A stretch of 64,000 nucleotides of DNA from a virus. Every line of letters begins with the position of its first letter. The first letter of the stretch is position 1. Made by a program: the position numbers and the translations under genes. The notes beneath the pieces are model-generated. The model searched no databases. It worked only from the letters and a program-made list of their open reading frames with translations, and was not told where the DNA came from. Shown one piece after another: positions 19,236 to 29,472 of this stretch. The stretch covers positions 1 through 64,000 of IMG/VR virus record IMGVR_UViG_3300003872_000001. The stretch is one strand, 5' to 3'.

Positions 19236-19859
19236 ATGAGTTCATTATTAAGGATTGATAACGAGGGTAATTTAAGATTTAACGATATGGTTGTTGATCT
19301 TTCACAAATTGTTATTAGAGAAGATACCGGTACATTAAAAGATGTACAAGGTAATATTATTGATATATCTGCTATGCTAGGAAAAAATTATAATGCAGGT
19401 AACCTTGCAAATACTACAGTAGTTAAAGCACTAACAGCTGATAATGCTAACAAATTAGCAGGACAGTTACCAGATTACTATTTAAGTAAAGGTAACTATA
19501 AGAATACTATACCGGTAACAGCTACTCCCGCATTAGCAACTGTGGGTAGTGTAGTAAGTCAAACATCTAGTACATTGACTATTTCTAATTTCGATAGTAA
19601 AGCAAACTATGTTATTACAAGCAATATAGGCACATTATCATCTGTTAGTAATGCTGGCACATTTACTTATACGGCTCCAGATATAACATCCTCAACTACT
19701 GACACTGTAGTAATATTTGCTACTAAGGCAGGTGAGATAAGATCTAGTGAGCAAATAGTAAAAATACCATTAATCCCTTTACATATTACATCTGCTGCCG
19801 CATTAATAAATCCAAATTTTAGTGCAAATGGTGTTTTAGATATAGGGTTTAAATATTAA
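19236..19859 (+). CDS. Putative virion fibre/adaptor protein with Ig-like domain (paralog of next gene)
   Basis: ADNANKLAGQLPDYY fibre-type motif; LTISNFD..FTYTAP shared with 19874-20443. Confidence 0.55.
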   Translation: MSSLLRIDNEGNLRFNDMVVDLSQIVIREDTGTLKDVQGNIIDISAMLGKNYNAGNLANTTVVKALTADNANKLAGQLPDYYLSKGNYKNTIPVTATPALATVGSVVSQTSSTLTISNFDSKANYVITSNIGTLSSVSNAGTFTYTAPDITSSTTDTVVIFATKAGEIRSSEQIVKIPLIPLHITSAAALINPNFSANGVLDIGFKY

Positions 19860-19873
19860 AAAAAGGATATAAC

Positions 19874-20443
19874 ATGGTCGATACATGGAAATTAACAAAC
19901 TCCGGTGAACTTATGTATAAGAGTTATAGGATCAGTCTTAGTGATCTTGTAGAAAGTAGTAGCGGTAGCGTCAGAAAGATAACTGGTGAAAATATACCTG
20001 TAGTTATAGATACAGCTAATAATGCACTGCATGTAGGTGGTACTCCTGCTAATCAAATGGTTAATGTTAAAAATATTAGCGTATTGCTTCCAGTGACTCA
20101 AAGTCCTGCTGTTGTATTCCCTACTAGTGTTACAGAAAGTAGTAAAACTACATTAACGATATCTAATTTTGACCCAACTGCTGTATATTCAATTACTGTA
20201 GATAACGGAAAAGTTAGTCCTATAACTGGGTCAGGTAAATTTGAATATACGGCACCACTAATCACTAATAATAAAAATTTAACTGTAAAATTTATGTTAT
20301 ATGCTAGCAAAGTTGGTAAAGTAAAAAGTCCTATAGCTACTCATAATCTTACAGTAATATATGTTGATGTTGTAGCTGCTGCTGCACTGGTTAATGCCGA
20401 CTTTAGAACTAATGTTGCCATAAATACTGGTTATAGATATTAA
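19874..20443 (+). CDS. Putative virion fibre/adaptor protein with Ig-like domain
   Basis: LTISNFD..FEYTAP..AAALVN alignable with previous ORF. Confidence 0.55.
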   Translation: MVDTWKLTNSGELMYKSYRISLSDLVESSSGSVRKITGENIPVVIDTANNALHVGGTPANQMVNVKNISVLLPVTQSPAVVFPTSVTESSKTTLTISNFDPTAVYSITVDNGKVSPITGSGKFEYTAPLITNNKNLTVKFMLYASKVGKVKSPIATHNLTVIYVDVVAAAALVNADFRTNVAINTGYRY

Positions 20444-20466
20444 AAAATTAAAATAAGGAAATAAAA

Positions 20467-23274
20467 ATGATTGCGTTAAAAGATAATTCTACATACATAG
20501 AAAAAATTACATTACAAAATTCAGCAGATACAGATTGGGTATCAGTAGATAATACTACTGTTGGGTATACACCTAAAGAGTTAGGTGTGTTATCTACTAG
20601 CACTACTAGTAGTTTAAAAGTAACTACAGCGTTAGTAGACAGAGTGCCTGCAGCTAGTGATAAATTATTAGCTATAGATGCTAATAACACTATAACTGAA
20701 ATAGTAGCAGGTACAGTTACTGATGATGGACCTACTATTAAACAATTAAATAGTTTCCAATCTACTGGGGTGACTAGTGGTGATGCTTTTGGTGTAAGTA
20801 TGTCTATATCATCAGATGGTCTGATATGTATAGTTGGTGCCGTGGGTATATCTTCTAGAGCTGGTAAAGCTTATACATTCACAAGAGCTACTATTTCTGA
20901 TACTTGGACTGAACAAAATAGTTTTGTAGCTAATGGTTTAGGATCTGGTGATGAATTTGGTATAGGTGTGTCATTATCCCCAGATGGGTTAATATGTATG
21001 GTTGGTGCTCGAGGAGCGTCTTCTAATACTGGTAAAGTTTATACATTCACAAGAGCTACTACTTCTGATGCTTGGACAGAACAGAATAGTTTTATAAGTA
21101 GTAGTACTGTAAGCGGCGATTATTTTGGTTGTAGTGTGTCTATATCGTCAGATGGGTTAATATGTATAGTTGGTGCTTATAGAGTATCTTCTTATACTGG
21201 TAGAGCTTATACATTCACAAGAGCTACTACTTCTGATACTTGGACTGAACAGAATAGTTTTGTAAGTAGTAGTAGTGTAAATGGTGATAATTTTGGTACA
21301 GGTGTAACATTATCAGTAGATGGGTTAATGTGTGTAGTTGGTGCTATGGGAGTATCTTCAGTTACTGGTAAAGCTTATACATTCACAAGAGCTACTACTT
21401 CTGATGCTTGGACTGAACAGAATAGTTTTGCAGCTAGTGGTTTAGGATCTAATGATAATTTTGGTGCATCAGTAGGTATGTCTGGTAATGGACTAGTTTG
21501 TATAGTTGGTGCATATGAAATATCTTCTAGACAGGGAGCTGCTTATATATTTAAAAGAGCTACTACTAGTGATACTTGGACTCAAGTTCATGAGATAACT
21601 GACCCAGGAGCTACTGGTAATGATCTTTTTGGTTTTGGTTGTTCTATAATACAAGATGGAACTATAGCGTTAGTAGGTACATGGGCTAATAATAACAGTA
21701 CAACTACAGCTAATAAAGTATATACATTCGACGTAAATGAATCTTATTCTATAGATACATCTGGTGCTAATTTAACTACTGTACCAACTAAAGTATTTTA
21801 TAATGATAATGTAGATGTTAGTGTATGTTTAGAAGCTACTAAAGATAGAATATCTTCTTTAGAAAGAACATTAACTAAAGTTTCTTCAACAACTACTCAA
21901 TTTGTAGGTAATCTTCCAGGAACTCAAAATGTAGCATTAGCTACTGGTGATACTGTTGTTATAGACGGAGCTAATGTTGCTCTTACTAGTACAACAACTA
22001 CTGGTATTGGAGTGTTAGATTTAACTAATCCAATATTAGTAAATAGTTTCCAATCTACTGGAGTAACTGGTACTGATGGTTTTGGAGCTAGTACATCTAT
22101 ATCATCAGATGGGTTAATATGTATAGTTGGTGCCCCGGGAGTATCTTCCTATACTGGTAAAGCTTATACATTTACAAGAGCTACTACTTCTGATACTTGG
22201 ACTGAACAGAATAGTTTTGCAGCTAGTGGTTTAGGGTCTAAGGATCGTTTTGGCCAGGGTATTTCATTATCTTCAAACGGGTTAATATGTATAGTAGGTG
22301 CTACCGGCATATCTTCTGGTACTGGTAGAGCTTATACATTCATAAGAGCTACTACTTCTGATGCTTGGACAGAGCAGAATAGTTTTGTAAGTAGTAGTAC
22401 TGTAAGTGGTGATGGTTTTGGTTCAGATATATCACTATCATCAGATAGTCTAATATGTATGGTTAGTGCATATAATGTATCTTCTGGTACAGGTAGAGCT
22501 TATACATTTACAAGAGCTACTACTTCTGATGCTTGGGCTGAACAGAATAGTTTTGTAAGTAGTAGTACTGTAGCTGGCGATGCTTTTGGTGTAGGAGTAG
22601 CATTATCACCAGATGGACTAATGTGTATAGTTGGCGCTTCTAATGTATCTTCTGGTACTGGTAGAGTTTATACATTTACAAGAGCTACTACTTCTGATGC
22701 TTGGGCTGAACAAAATAGTTTTGTAGCTAGTGGTTTGGGATCTAATAGTGATTTCGGTAGATCAGTAGGTATGTCTGGTAATGGACTAGTTTGTATAGTT
22801 GGTGCATACGGAGTATCTTCTGGTCAAGGAGCTGCTTATATATTTAAAAGAGCTACTACTAGTGATACATGGACTCAAGTTCATGAGATAACTGACCCAG
22901 GAACTACTGCTAACGATCAATTTGGTACTAATTGTTCTATAACACAAGATGGTACTATAGCATTAGTAGGTACATGGGCTACTAATAATAGCACAACTAC
23001 ATCTAATAAAGTATATACATTTAAACTTGGTGATCCATTTACACAGTATACTTTAGGATTTAGTGCCTTATCTACTGCACCTGCGACTGCTCTTATCCCA
23101 GATAGATCAGTTAAACTCACTAAGTCTTCCAGGCTTTATGATGGTACTAAATTCACTATTACATTTAGTAACTATAATAAACAAGGTAGAGCTGTACAAC
23201 GTAAAATAGTTGCTGCAAGAAAAGATACTACTGTTTTAGAACCGTTAACATCTGATCTTAATAAATTAGCATAA
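20467..23274 (+). CDS. FG-GAP-like repeat protein with two 6-repeat beta-propellers; putative receptor-binding/adhesin
   Basis: 12 repeats of ~56 aa (168 nt): NSF..DxFG..S.S.DG.xC.VGA..G.AYTF.R..W. Confidence 0.8.
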   Translation: MIALKDNSTYIEKITLQNSADTDWVSVDNTTVGYTPKELGVLSTSTTSSLKVTTALVDRVPAASDKLLAIDANNTITEIVAGTVTDDGPTIKQLNSFQSTGVTSGDAFGVSMSISSDGLICIVGAVGISSRAGKAYTFTRATISDTWTEQNSFVANGLGSGDEFGIGVSLSPDGLICMVGARGASSNTGKVYTFTRATTSDAWTEQNSFISSSTVSGDYFGCSVSISSDGLICIVGAYRVSSYTGRAYTFTRATTSDTWTEQNSFVSSSSVNGDNFGTGVTLSVDGLMCVVGAMGVSSVTGKAYTFTRATTSDAWTEQNSFAASGLGSNDNFGASVGMSGNGLVCIVGAYEISSRQGAAYIFKRATTSDTWTQVHEITDPGATGNDLFGFGCSIIQDGTIALVGTWANNNSTTTANKVYTFDVNESYSIDTSGANLTTVPTKVFYNDNVDVSVCLEATKDRISSLERTLTKVSSTTTQFVGNLPGTQNVALATGDTVVIDGANVALTSTTTTGIGVLDLTNPILVNSFQSTGVTGTDGFGASTSISSDGLICIVGAPGVSSYTGKAYTFTRATTSDTWTEQNSFAASGLGSKDRFGQGISLSSNGLICIVGATGISSGTGRAYTFIRATTSDAWTEQNSFVSSSTVSGDGFGSDISLSSDSLICMVSAYNVSSGTGRAYTFTRATTSDAWAEQNSFVSSSTVAGDAFGVGVALSPDGLMCIVGASNVSSGTGRVYTFTRATTSDAWAEQNSFVASGLGSNSDFGRSVGMSGNGLVCIVGAYGVSSGQGAAYIFKRATTSDTWTQVHEITDPGTTANDQFGTNCSITQDGTIALVGTWATNNSTTTSNKVYTFKLGDPFTQYTLGFSALSTAPATALIPDRSVKLTKSSRLYDGTKFTITFSNYNKQGRAVQRKIVAARKDTTVLEPLTSDLNKLA

Positions 23275-23341
23275 TCATGGTAAACTAGCTTGTCATAATT
23301 AGTCACAAGCAGTTTACATTAAATGGCGTAAATCATTTATT

Positions 23342-23374
23342 TATACACTAGTAGCCATAGCTACTAGTGTATAT
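23342..23374 (+). terminator. Hairpin terminator (TAGTAGC family)
   Basis: TATACACTAGTAGC-CATA-GCTACTAGTGTATA. Confidence 0.7.
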
Positions 23375-23417
23375 GTTTTCATTTTCATGATATTAAAATA
23401 TAAGTAAAGGATCTATT

Positions 23418-23918
23418 ATGGAAACACCTACAAGAGAAGTGCAACTCACCATAGCATTAAAATACCGACCAAAACCTAAAACTAATTTTTTTTGGGGATT
23501 AGTTATAAAGGGGATACAATGGAGAACTAATTCTAAATATTTTCATTCAGAACTTATTATAGATAATGAATGGTTATCAGCTTACCCTATTAAAGGTATT
23601 CGTTTACATCCACTTAGACCTACTTTAAAGCATGATCAGTGGTTCTTTTTAGATTTGGGTAAACATACTGTTACCGAAGAACAATATAAAAAGATTATGG
23701 ACTTCATACACGATGTTGTTGGATCTAGATATGACTTCTTAGGCATTTTCTTTTCACAACTTATTAAAATAGGTGTTGATGATAAACACCAATGGTTCTG
23801 TTCAGAAATTGTATCTAAAATATTACAACTATTTTTAGTAAAAGAGTATATAGATATAGTGCCTAATGATTTAGCACCAGGGGACCTTTATAGGTTATCA
23901 AAATATAGGTTGAAATAA
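23418..23918 (+). CDS. Permuted papain-like (NlpC/P60, YaeF/YiiX-type) amidase-family protein
   Basis: SKYFHSEL (His), YDFLGI, WFCSE (Cys) in permuted order. Confidence 0.8.
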   Translation: METPTREVQLTIALKYRPKPKTNFFWGLVIKGIQWRTNSKYFHSELIIDNEWLSAYPIKGIRLHPLRPTLKHDQWFFLDLGKHTVTEEQYKKIMDFIHDVVGSRYDFLGIFFSQLIKIGVDDKHQWFCSEIVSKILQLFLVKEYIDIVPNDLAPGDLYRLSKYRLK

Positions 23919-24286
23919 TGACTAATTCTGATATTATCTCTAATTACTACTACAATATGGTATAGTCTTTAAATAATTTTCCATTAAATAAGTCTTCTAA
24001 TCAATCTACTGGATCTACTACACCTTGTGGTCCTTGTAAACCAGAAGACACCTATGAGTTATATTATAAGAATTTAAAAAGTTATCCATTTACAGTTGAT
24101 ATGTCTAATGATAATTATTTAATAACTAAATTTAGTTTACCAGATGGTAAGGTTATAGTACTAACTACTGATATGAGAGATCCCAATAATATAATTTCAA
24201 CTTTCAGCGGAGATGTACCCCCAAATATGCCATTAGTTAAGACCACACATATTACATCAACAGATATAACTGTAACCTATGTGTAA
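23918..24286 (+). pseudogene. Hypothetical gene with one in-frame TAG (23963-23965); pseudogene or read-through gene
   Basis: TAATG-coupled start; frame continuous with ORF 24101-24286 apart from the single TAG. Confidence 0.45.
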
Positions 24287-24343
24287 CTACTCTTACCTAG
24301 CTTATTAGGTAAGAGTTTTTCTATCAAAATTAAAGGAGTTAGA

Positions 24344-24583
24344 ATGTATAGAGCAGACATTAAATTATTAATTAGGTACATTATTTTAGCATTTTTTATG
24401 TACTTAGCATGGATGGTAGTTAGCCCAGCATGGATTATAAATCTTAAAGGTGCTGATCATATGACAATAAATGTTATTATTGGTGCGGTTTATGGTGCGT
24501 TAACATTAGTTTTAAAAGAACATATGAATACTAAAATTTGTGACGATACACCGCCTACTGATAATCAGAATAAGGAACCATAA
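24344..24583 (+). CDS. Putative holin
   Basis: 79 aa, two TM helices, charged C-terminal tail, directly upstream of a spanin-like pair. Confidence 0.55.
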   Translation: MYRADIKLLIRYIILAFFMYLAWMVVSPAWIINLKGADHMTINVIIGAVYGALTLVLKEHMNTKICDDTPPTDNQNKEP

Positions 24584-25026
24584 TGTTTATGACATTACTA
24601 CTTAAAAATTGGAAGACGATCGGCGTAGGTGTGATCTTATTAGCTATAGGATCTTATATATTGATCTTAAGATCTAAAATAAGTGATTTAAAGTCAGATA
24701 GAGATGTATTAAAAACATCTATAATCAAATCTAATCTTGAAATAAAAAGGTTATTAAGAGAGAATAAAGCTACTCTTATATCTGTACAACATATCAAGGA
24801 CGATAATAATAGGCGTATACAATTATGTACAGAACAAAATAAAATATCTTCAGATAAAGATAAAAAGTTATTACATATAATAGATATACTTAAACATACT
24901 AAACCTAGAATTAAAATTGTTACTAAAAAAGTCTATACAGTTAAAGACTGTAAAGTTACTGTAGAGGATACTGATAATAGTAATACTATATTAGGTAACT
25001 TAAATGACACTATAAAGGGGTTGTGA
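24583..25026 (+). CDS. Putative i-spanin (Rz-like)
   Basis: N-terminal TM followed by coiled coil. Confidence 0.6.
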   Translation: MFMTLLLKNWKTIGVGVILLAIGSYILILRSKISDLKSDRDVLKTSIIKSNLEIKRLLRENKATLISVQHIKDDNNRRIQLCTEQNKISSDKDKKLLHIIDILKHTKPRIKIVTKKVYTVKDCKVTVEDTDNSNTILGNLNDTIKGL

Positions 25027-25367
25027 TGTATAAGCTAATATTAGCCTTTAGAAGGACATTTATAGCTACTGTATCATTAATGTTAGGTAGTCTAATTTTA
25101 ACAGGCTGTGGACCAGTAGTGGACCGTATCGTACCGGGTCCAACTAAAATGGTATATGTTAGGAATAAAATAACAAACATTCCTCCTAAACCTGCACCTA
25201 TAAAGAACGTTAGATTTAAAAAGATTATATTTGGTAAGCATGTTTATTATGGAGTTAACAGAAATGATGCTATAAATTTAACAATAGGTCTATTGAACAC
25301 AATAGAATATAATAAAAAATTACTTAAAGTAATACAAACATACAATGATAGTAATGCATCTAAGTAA
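25023..25367 (+). CDS. Putative o-spanin (Rz1-like lipoprotein)
   Basis: Signal peptide with lipobox LTGC, Pro-rich mature region, overlaps the Rz-like stop. Confidence 0.65.
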   Translation: MMYKLILAFRRTFIATVSLMLGSLILTGCGPVVDRIVPGPTKMVYVRNKITNIPPKPAPIKNVRFKKIIFGKHVYYGVNRNDAINLTIGLLNTIEYNKKLLKVIQTYNDSNASK

Positions 25368-25387
25368 ATAACATAGAAGGAGAAATA

Positions 25388-26299
25388 ATGGCACTAATAA
25401 ACACCATTGATAGTATAGTTACTACAATAAATAATTTAATCACTGCTATGAGAAACACACAAACTTATGTAGGTATTACAAGTAGTATTACAGATAGTAC
25501 ATTAACAGGTAGAATTTATTTAATGGAGAAGTTAAAAACATTTAGGTTTTATGTTTCAAAAAGTTCTACAGATATTACATCAACTGAAGCACTTGCTATT
25601 ACTGAACCTAATTTCCTACACATTAATACCAATAAGAAAAGGTTTGAATATTTAGATAAGACAGATAAAAAATGGCTTACAATTAATTATAAAGAAATAG
25701 GCATTGATTTTTCTATAGAACATATTAACATATATAATGTCAATGGAACATTTTCTGATGGATACGATGTATCGCGTCTTATACAGGATAACAAAAAATT
25801 AGAAGATGATAAATATTCTAGATATAGAAAACGCGATTACTCTATTTACGATGGATGGGGTAGAGTATATGTGGGTGGTAACTATATATTCATAAACGGA
25901 GAAGCTTTAAATTATAATAAGGCTATTTATAATAATGGTGCTTTAATGTTATTTAAACTAGAAGACGTAACTAATATAAGATTTGCTGGAAGAACTGGTA
26001 TGGATTGGGTAGGTAAAGTAGTGATAGATGACAGGACTATATCTATAAATGGTACCACTGCCTATTATAATAGTAAACATATTGAAAATGGATGGGGTAA
26101 TTCTCCTACTATTAACCATTTAGTTATATCTATGAATAATGTATCTGATCACTCATATTCTAATAATACTGCTAGTGACTATGATGAGTACAGCTGGGAG
26201 TCTCCAGAAAATGTAGCTTACTTGGCTATATACTGGTGTGCTACTACTACTGATATAACTTGTTTAACAGATAAATTAATACAAGGATGGTTCGGATGA
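25388..26299 (+). CDS. Hypothetical protein, possible tail fibre/appendage
   Basis: Strong RBS; followed by chaperone-like ORF. Confidence 0.5.
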   Translation: MALINTIDSIVTTINNLITAMRNTQTYVGITSSITDSTLTGRIYLMEKLKTFRFYVSKSSTDITSTEALAITEPNFLHINTNKKRFEYLDKTDKKWLTINYKEIGIDFSIEHINIYNVNGTFSDGYDVSRLIQDNKKLEDDKYSRYRKRDYSIYDGWGRVYVGGNYIFINGEALNYNKAIYNNGALMLFKLEDVTNIRFAGRTGMDWVGKVVIDDRTISINGTTAYYNSKHIENGWGNSPTINHLVISMNNVSDHSYSNNTASDYDEYSWESPENVAYLAIYWCATTTDITCLTDKLIQGWFG

Positions 26300-26907
26300 T
26301 CTATTATCTTTATGATATTGAAAATAATAATATTTATTTAAGTCAAAGTACAAATCCATATGATAATTCTACTACAATAGCACCTCCGTCTATAGACAGA
26401 GAAGATTATAGTTTTGATACCACTAAACAAGTTTGGTCTAAAAATAGTACATTCTTAGCGACTAAAAAAGCAAATGATTTGACTACAAGAATAAATGAAT
26501 TGCTGCTTAGATTCGATAGTATTTGTAATCAAAAAGTAGAAACTGCATTTACTACAGTGACTGGAAACCCTTATTCTGAATTACTAATAAAAAGATATGA
26601 AACTAAATATTTAGTTGCTAAACGCTTTATTGCTACAGGCGATACTGCTGATAGCGATACCTTGTCATTAGAAGCCGGATTCAATAATTTAAGTGTTACA
26701 GATTTTGCGAATCTTATTATTAAGATGGGCGATACTCTCAAGTCTACTCTAGACACATTAAATATTAAAATTGATGCAGTTAGAGTTAGAATAAAAAATA
26801 TTCTTCTTGTTGATAAGGATTTAACTAAAGCTAAAACTATTTTAATTAAGTTTGAGGCTTTACCATATACTGCAACAAATGCTGATATTGTCGCAATCTT
26901 TTCATAA
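26296..26907 (+). CDS. Putative tail-fibre assembly chaperone-like protein
   Basis: NSTTIAPP..YSFD..W N-terminus and helical C-terminus (LSLEA..DFANLII) as in Tfa/DUF4376-like proteins. Confidence 0.5.
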   Translation: MIYYLYDIENNNIYLSQSTNPYDNSTTIAPPSIDREDYSFDTTKQVWSKNSTFLATKKANDLTTRINELLLRFDSICNQKVETAFTTVTGNPYSELLIKRYETKYLVAKRFIATGDTADSDTLSLEAGFNNLSVTDFANLIIKMGDTLKSTLDTLNIKIDAVRVRIKNILLVDKDLTKAKTILIKFEALPYTATNADIVAIFS

Positions 26908-26986
26908 TTATTACTCATTGATTTTTTCACAGTTAATATTCATTGAAGTATTAACTATTAATTTAATAAGGAGGTAATTATCATCT

Positions 26987-27175
26987 ATGAGCTATCCAAC
27001 TAAGAAAGACATTATCGCCTTATTAGATAGTGTAAATACAAAAGAAATAACATTAGCATCTAGGGTAACCACGTTAGAAGCTGAAATTAAAAAACTTAGA
27101 ATGGAACTTAATATTCTCCAAAACAATACATGCTTGGATGATACCATGAAATTTATGTTCAAACCTATGAAATAA
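26987..27175 (+). CDS. Small coiled-coil hypothetical protein
   Basis: AAGGAGG RBS; RVTTLEAEI heptads. Confidence 0.55.
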   Translation: MSYPTKKDIIALLDSVNTKEITLASRVTTLEAEIKKLRMELNILQNNTCLDDTMKFMFKPMK

Positions 27176-27198
27176 ATATTCATTAAGGAGTATATAAT

Positions 27199-27774
27199 AT
27201 GAGTAATATTATGAAGGTAAATAGCAGCAATATGATTGCGTTTAGTGCTAAAGACGCATATGGTGCTGATTTTAAAGTTAACATTTTTGATATGAAAACT
27301 GGTAATGTGATTATTAAAGATGCACCTCTAATTGAAGGAGTAGAACCAATAACTGCGGCAGCTACAACTATTTCTGCTAATCAAGATGTTAGTATGAATA
27401 AAATAGTTGTAGCAGATGCAACAATATATACACCGGGAGATAGAGTTAGTATAAGTAATAATATTTATAGGATTCAATCTACAGATACTACTACGAATAC
27501 TTTAGTGTTGAATAAAGGATTAATAGTAGCTGCTACAGCTAAAGATGCAGTTACTAAAGTTGGCAATTTAAGTGCCTTTTATGTTGAGTTATATGTTACG
27601 AAAATAGGGTTCTTTTTGATTCAAGCTAGGGATAGCAAATTCGGGTTACAATATACAGAATCAGTAGATGTTCGTAGCGTATTACTTGACGAGACATTAA
27701 GTCAAATCGGAGGTAATGTGGATCAAGTTATGGAAGAAACAAAATCTTCTTTTGGATTCAGAATTGTCATTTAG
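27199..27774 (+). CDS. Putative virion structural protein
   Basis: Shares a beta domain (GD.V....Y.I.S.D....LNK.L..A....V.K.GN) with 27857-29374. Confidence 0.55.
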   Translation: MSNIMKVNSSNMIAFSAKDAYGADFKVNIFDMKTGNVIIKDAPLIEGVEPITAAATTISANQDVSMNKIVVADATIYTPGDRVSISNNIYRIQSTDTTTNTLVLNKGLIVAATAKDAVTKVGNLSAFYVELYVTKIGFFLIQARDSKFGLQYTESVDVRSVLLDETLSQIGGNVDQVMEETKSSFGFRIVI

Positions 27775-27856
27775 ATTTGGCTTTAATAAACGTTAGGTCT
27801 AGTTAGAACCTTATCTTAGATTAAATTTAACAATTAAAAATAAAAAGGATTTTAAT

Positions 27857-29374
27857 ATGTCTAGTATTAAAAAAGCTGGCGTCGCGTTTGACGTATTTGT
27901 AGATACCTCTAAAGATATCTTAGGTAAACCGTCTGGTTTTTCTGGTAAAATAATCTCTAATTCAACTGGTGCAGAAATTACTTTGCCAACATTTACTGAA
28001 GTTGTTGAAACTATAACTGCTGCAAGTACAACTACATCTGCTGCGGCTGCAATAGGTTCTAGAACACTTCCTGTATCAAGTGTAACTGGGTTCGAATTAG
28101 GCGACACTATTCTTGTATCTGGTAATTATTATGTTGTTACATCTATAGATTCTAATGCTAAAACATTTGGTCTTAATAAGGATTTAGAAGGTGCTATAGC
28201 AGCTAGTGCTGCAGTTGATAAAGCTGGCAACACTGGTACATATAAAGCTTCTGCTACTGTAAGTACAGTTGGTGATTATGTAGTAGTTATGTCTAACTAT
28301 GAACTTGGTATGGGTAATGTTTCATATCCACTAACTATCGAAAGTGCTAATATCGACGATGTTAAAGGTGTAGTTGACGCAGTACAAACTGATGTTACCG
28401 CTATCCAAAGTAAAGTAAATACTCTAAGTACTACAGCATTAGCTGATATAAGTACACAAATTTCATCTGTAGATAATGTTGTTAGTAATATCAAAGGTAT
28501 GCTAGATGGTGCTCAAGATGTTATACTTACTATTAATGGTGACGAAACAGCAAAACTTGTTGTTGGCGATACTGTAACTGGTAATACTTCTAAAGCATCT
28601 GGTATAATCAGTGCATCTACTTATGATTCAAACACTAGTCTTACTACAATCACAGTTAATAATGCAACTGCTGCATTCTCTGCTGGCGAAACATTAAGTA
28701 ATGGTAGTGCATCTACAACTGGTACTATACAAAGTATTATTAATGATGCTATCAATGATGTTTTAACTTTTGTTAAAGATATTAATAATGCACTAACTAC
28801 TGGTGGTTCTTCACTAGCTGCTCTACAATCATTGAATGATAATATAGAGTATATGCTACAAGGTAGTGCAAAACTATCTGATGGTTCAGCTAACCCTCTT
28901 GCTGGTATGGGTCTAAATGATATCATAACTGCAATCGCTGCTGTTAAAGCTGATACTTCTGCTATTCGTACATTGGCTGAAGATTCTGCATATGGATTTG
29001 CTGCTATAAGAACTGCTGTTGATAATGGTAGAAATTCAATCGAAAGTGCAATCGCTGCATTAACTGATACTAGTGTAGCTACTTCATTAATTTCTAAAAT
29101 TAATGCTGCTGAAACAGCAATTGCTGCTAATGCTTCTACTCTAGGTGATTCTGTATATGGTCTTAGTGCTATCAAAACTGAACTTGATACTTTAAGTGCA
29201 ACATTTGCTAGTGGTGGTTCTATTGAGAAACAACTCACTAATCTTGAATCATACACTCAGAACTTGTCATCTGCTATCGCAGCACAAACTGCTCATATCG
29301 ATGGTAAATTTGCTGATGTTATGACTGGTATTGACAAACTTGGTGCTAGAACTAGTTACAAAGTTTTTGCTTAA
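27857..29374 (+). CDS. Putative fibre-like virion protein (beta domains plus Ala/Ser-rich coiled coil)
   Basis: Small-residue-rich composition, heptad segments, YG[FL].AI repeats. Confidence 0.55.
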   Translation: MSSIKKAGVAFDVFVDTSKDILGKPSGFSGKIISNSTGAEITLPTFTEVVETITAASTTTSAAAAIGSRTLPVSSVTGFELGDTILVSGNYYVVTSIDSNAKTFGLNKDLEGAIAASAAVDKAGNTGTYKASATVSTVGDYVVVMSNYELGMGNVSYPLTIESANIDDVKGVVDAVQTDVTAIQSKVNTLSTTALADISTQISSVDNVVSNIKGMLDGAQDVILTINGDETAKLVVGDTVTGNTSKASGIISASTYDSNTSLTTITVNNATAAFSAGETLSNGSASTTGTIQSIINDAINDVLTFVKDINNALTTGGSSLAALQSLNDNIEYMLQGSAKLSDGSANPLAGMGLNDIITAIAAVKADTSAIRTLAEDSAYGFAAIRTAVDNGRNSIESAIAALTDTSVATSLISKINAAETAIAANASTLGDSVYGLSAIKTELDTLSATFASGGSIEKQLTNLESYTQNLSSAIAAQTAHIDGKFADVMTGIDKLGARTSYKVFA

Positions 29375-29472
29375 TCTTTCTACAGGAGCAATTGCTCCTG
29401 TACACTATATTGATAGTACCGAGGTATAAAGCATATTTAGCTAGTATCAATATTAATTAAAAAGGAAGGTAT

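Noticed and set aside
20743-23030. Diversity-generating retroelement or CRISPR array in the 168-bp repeats
   Set aside because: Repeats are in-frame protein blades; no reverse transcriptase or non-coding template repeat in the window; NNT codon bias fits the low GC
28621-29256. Long antisense ORFs (e.g. 28621-29256, 39650-40207, 44054-44341)
   Set aside because: Shadows of well-supported genes on the opposite strand, no RBS or motifs
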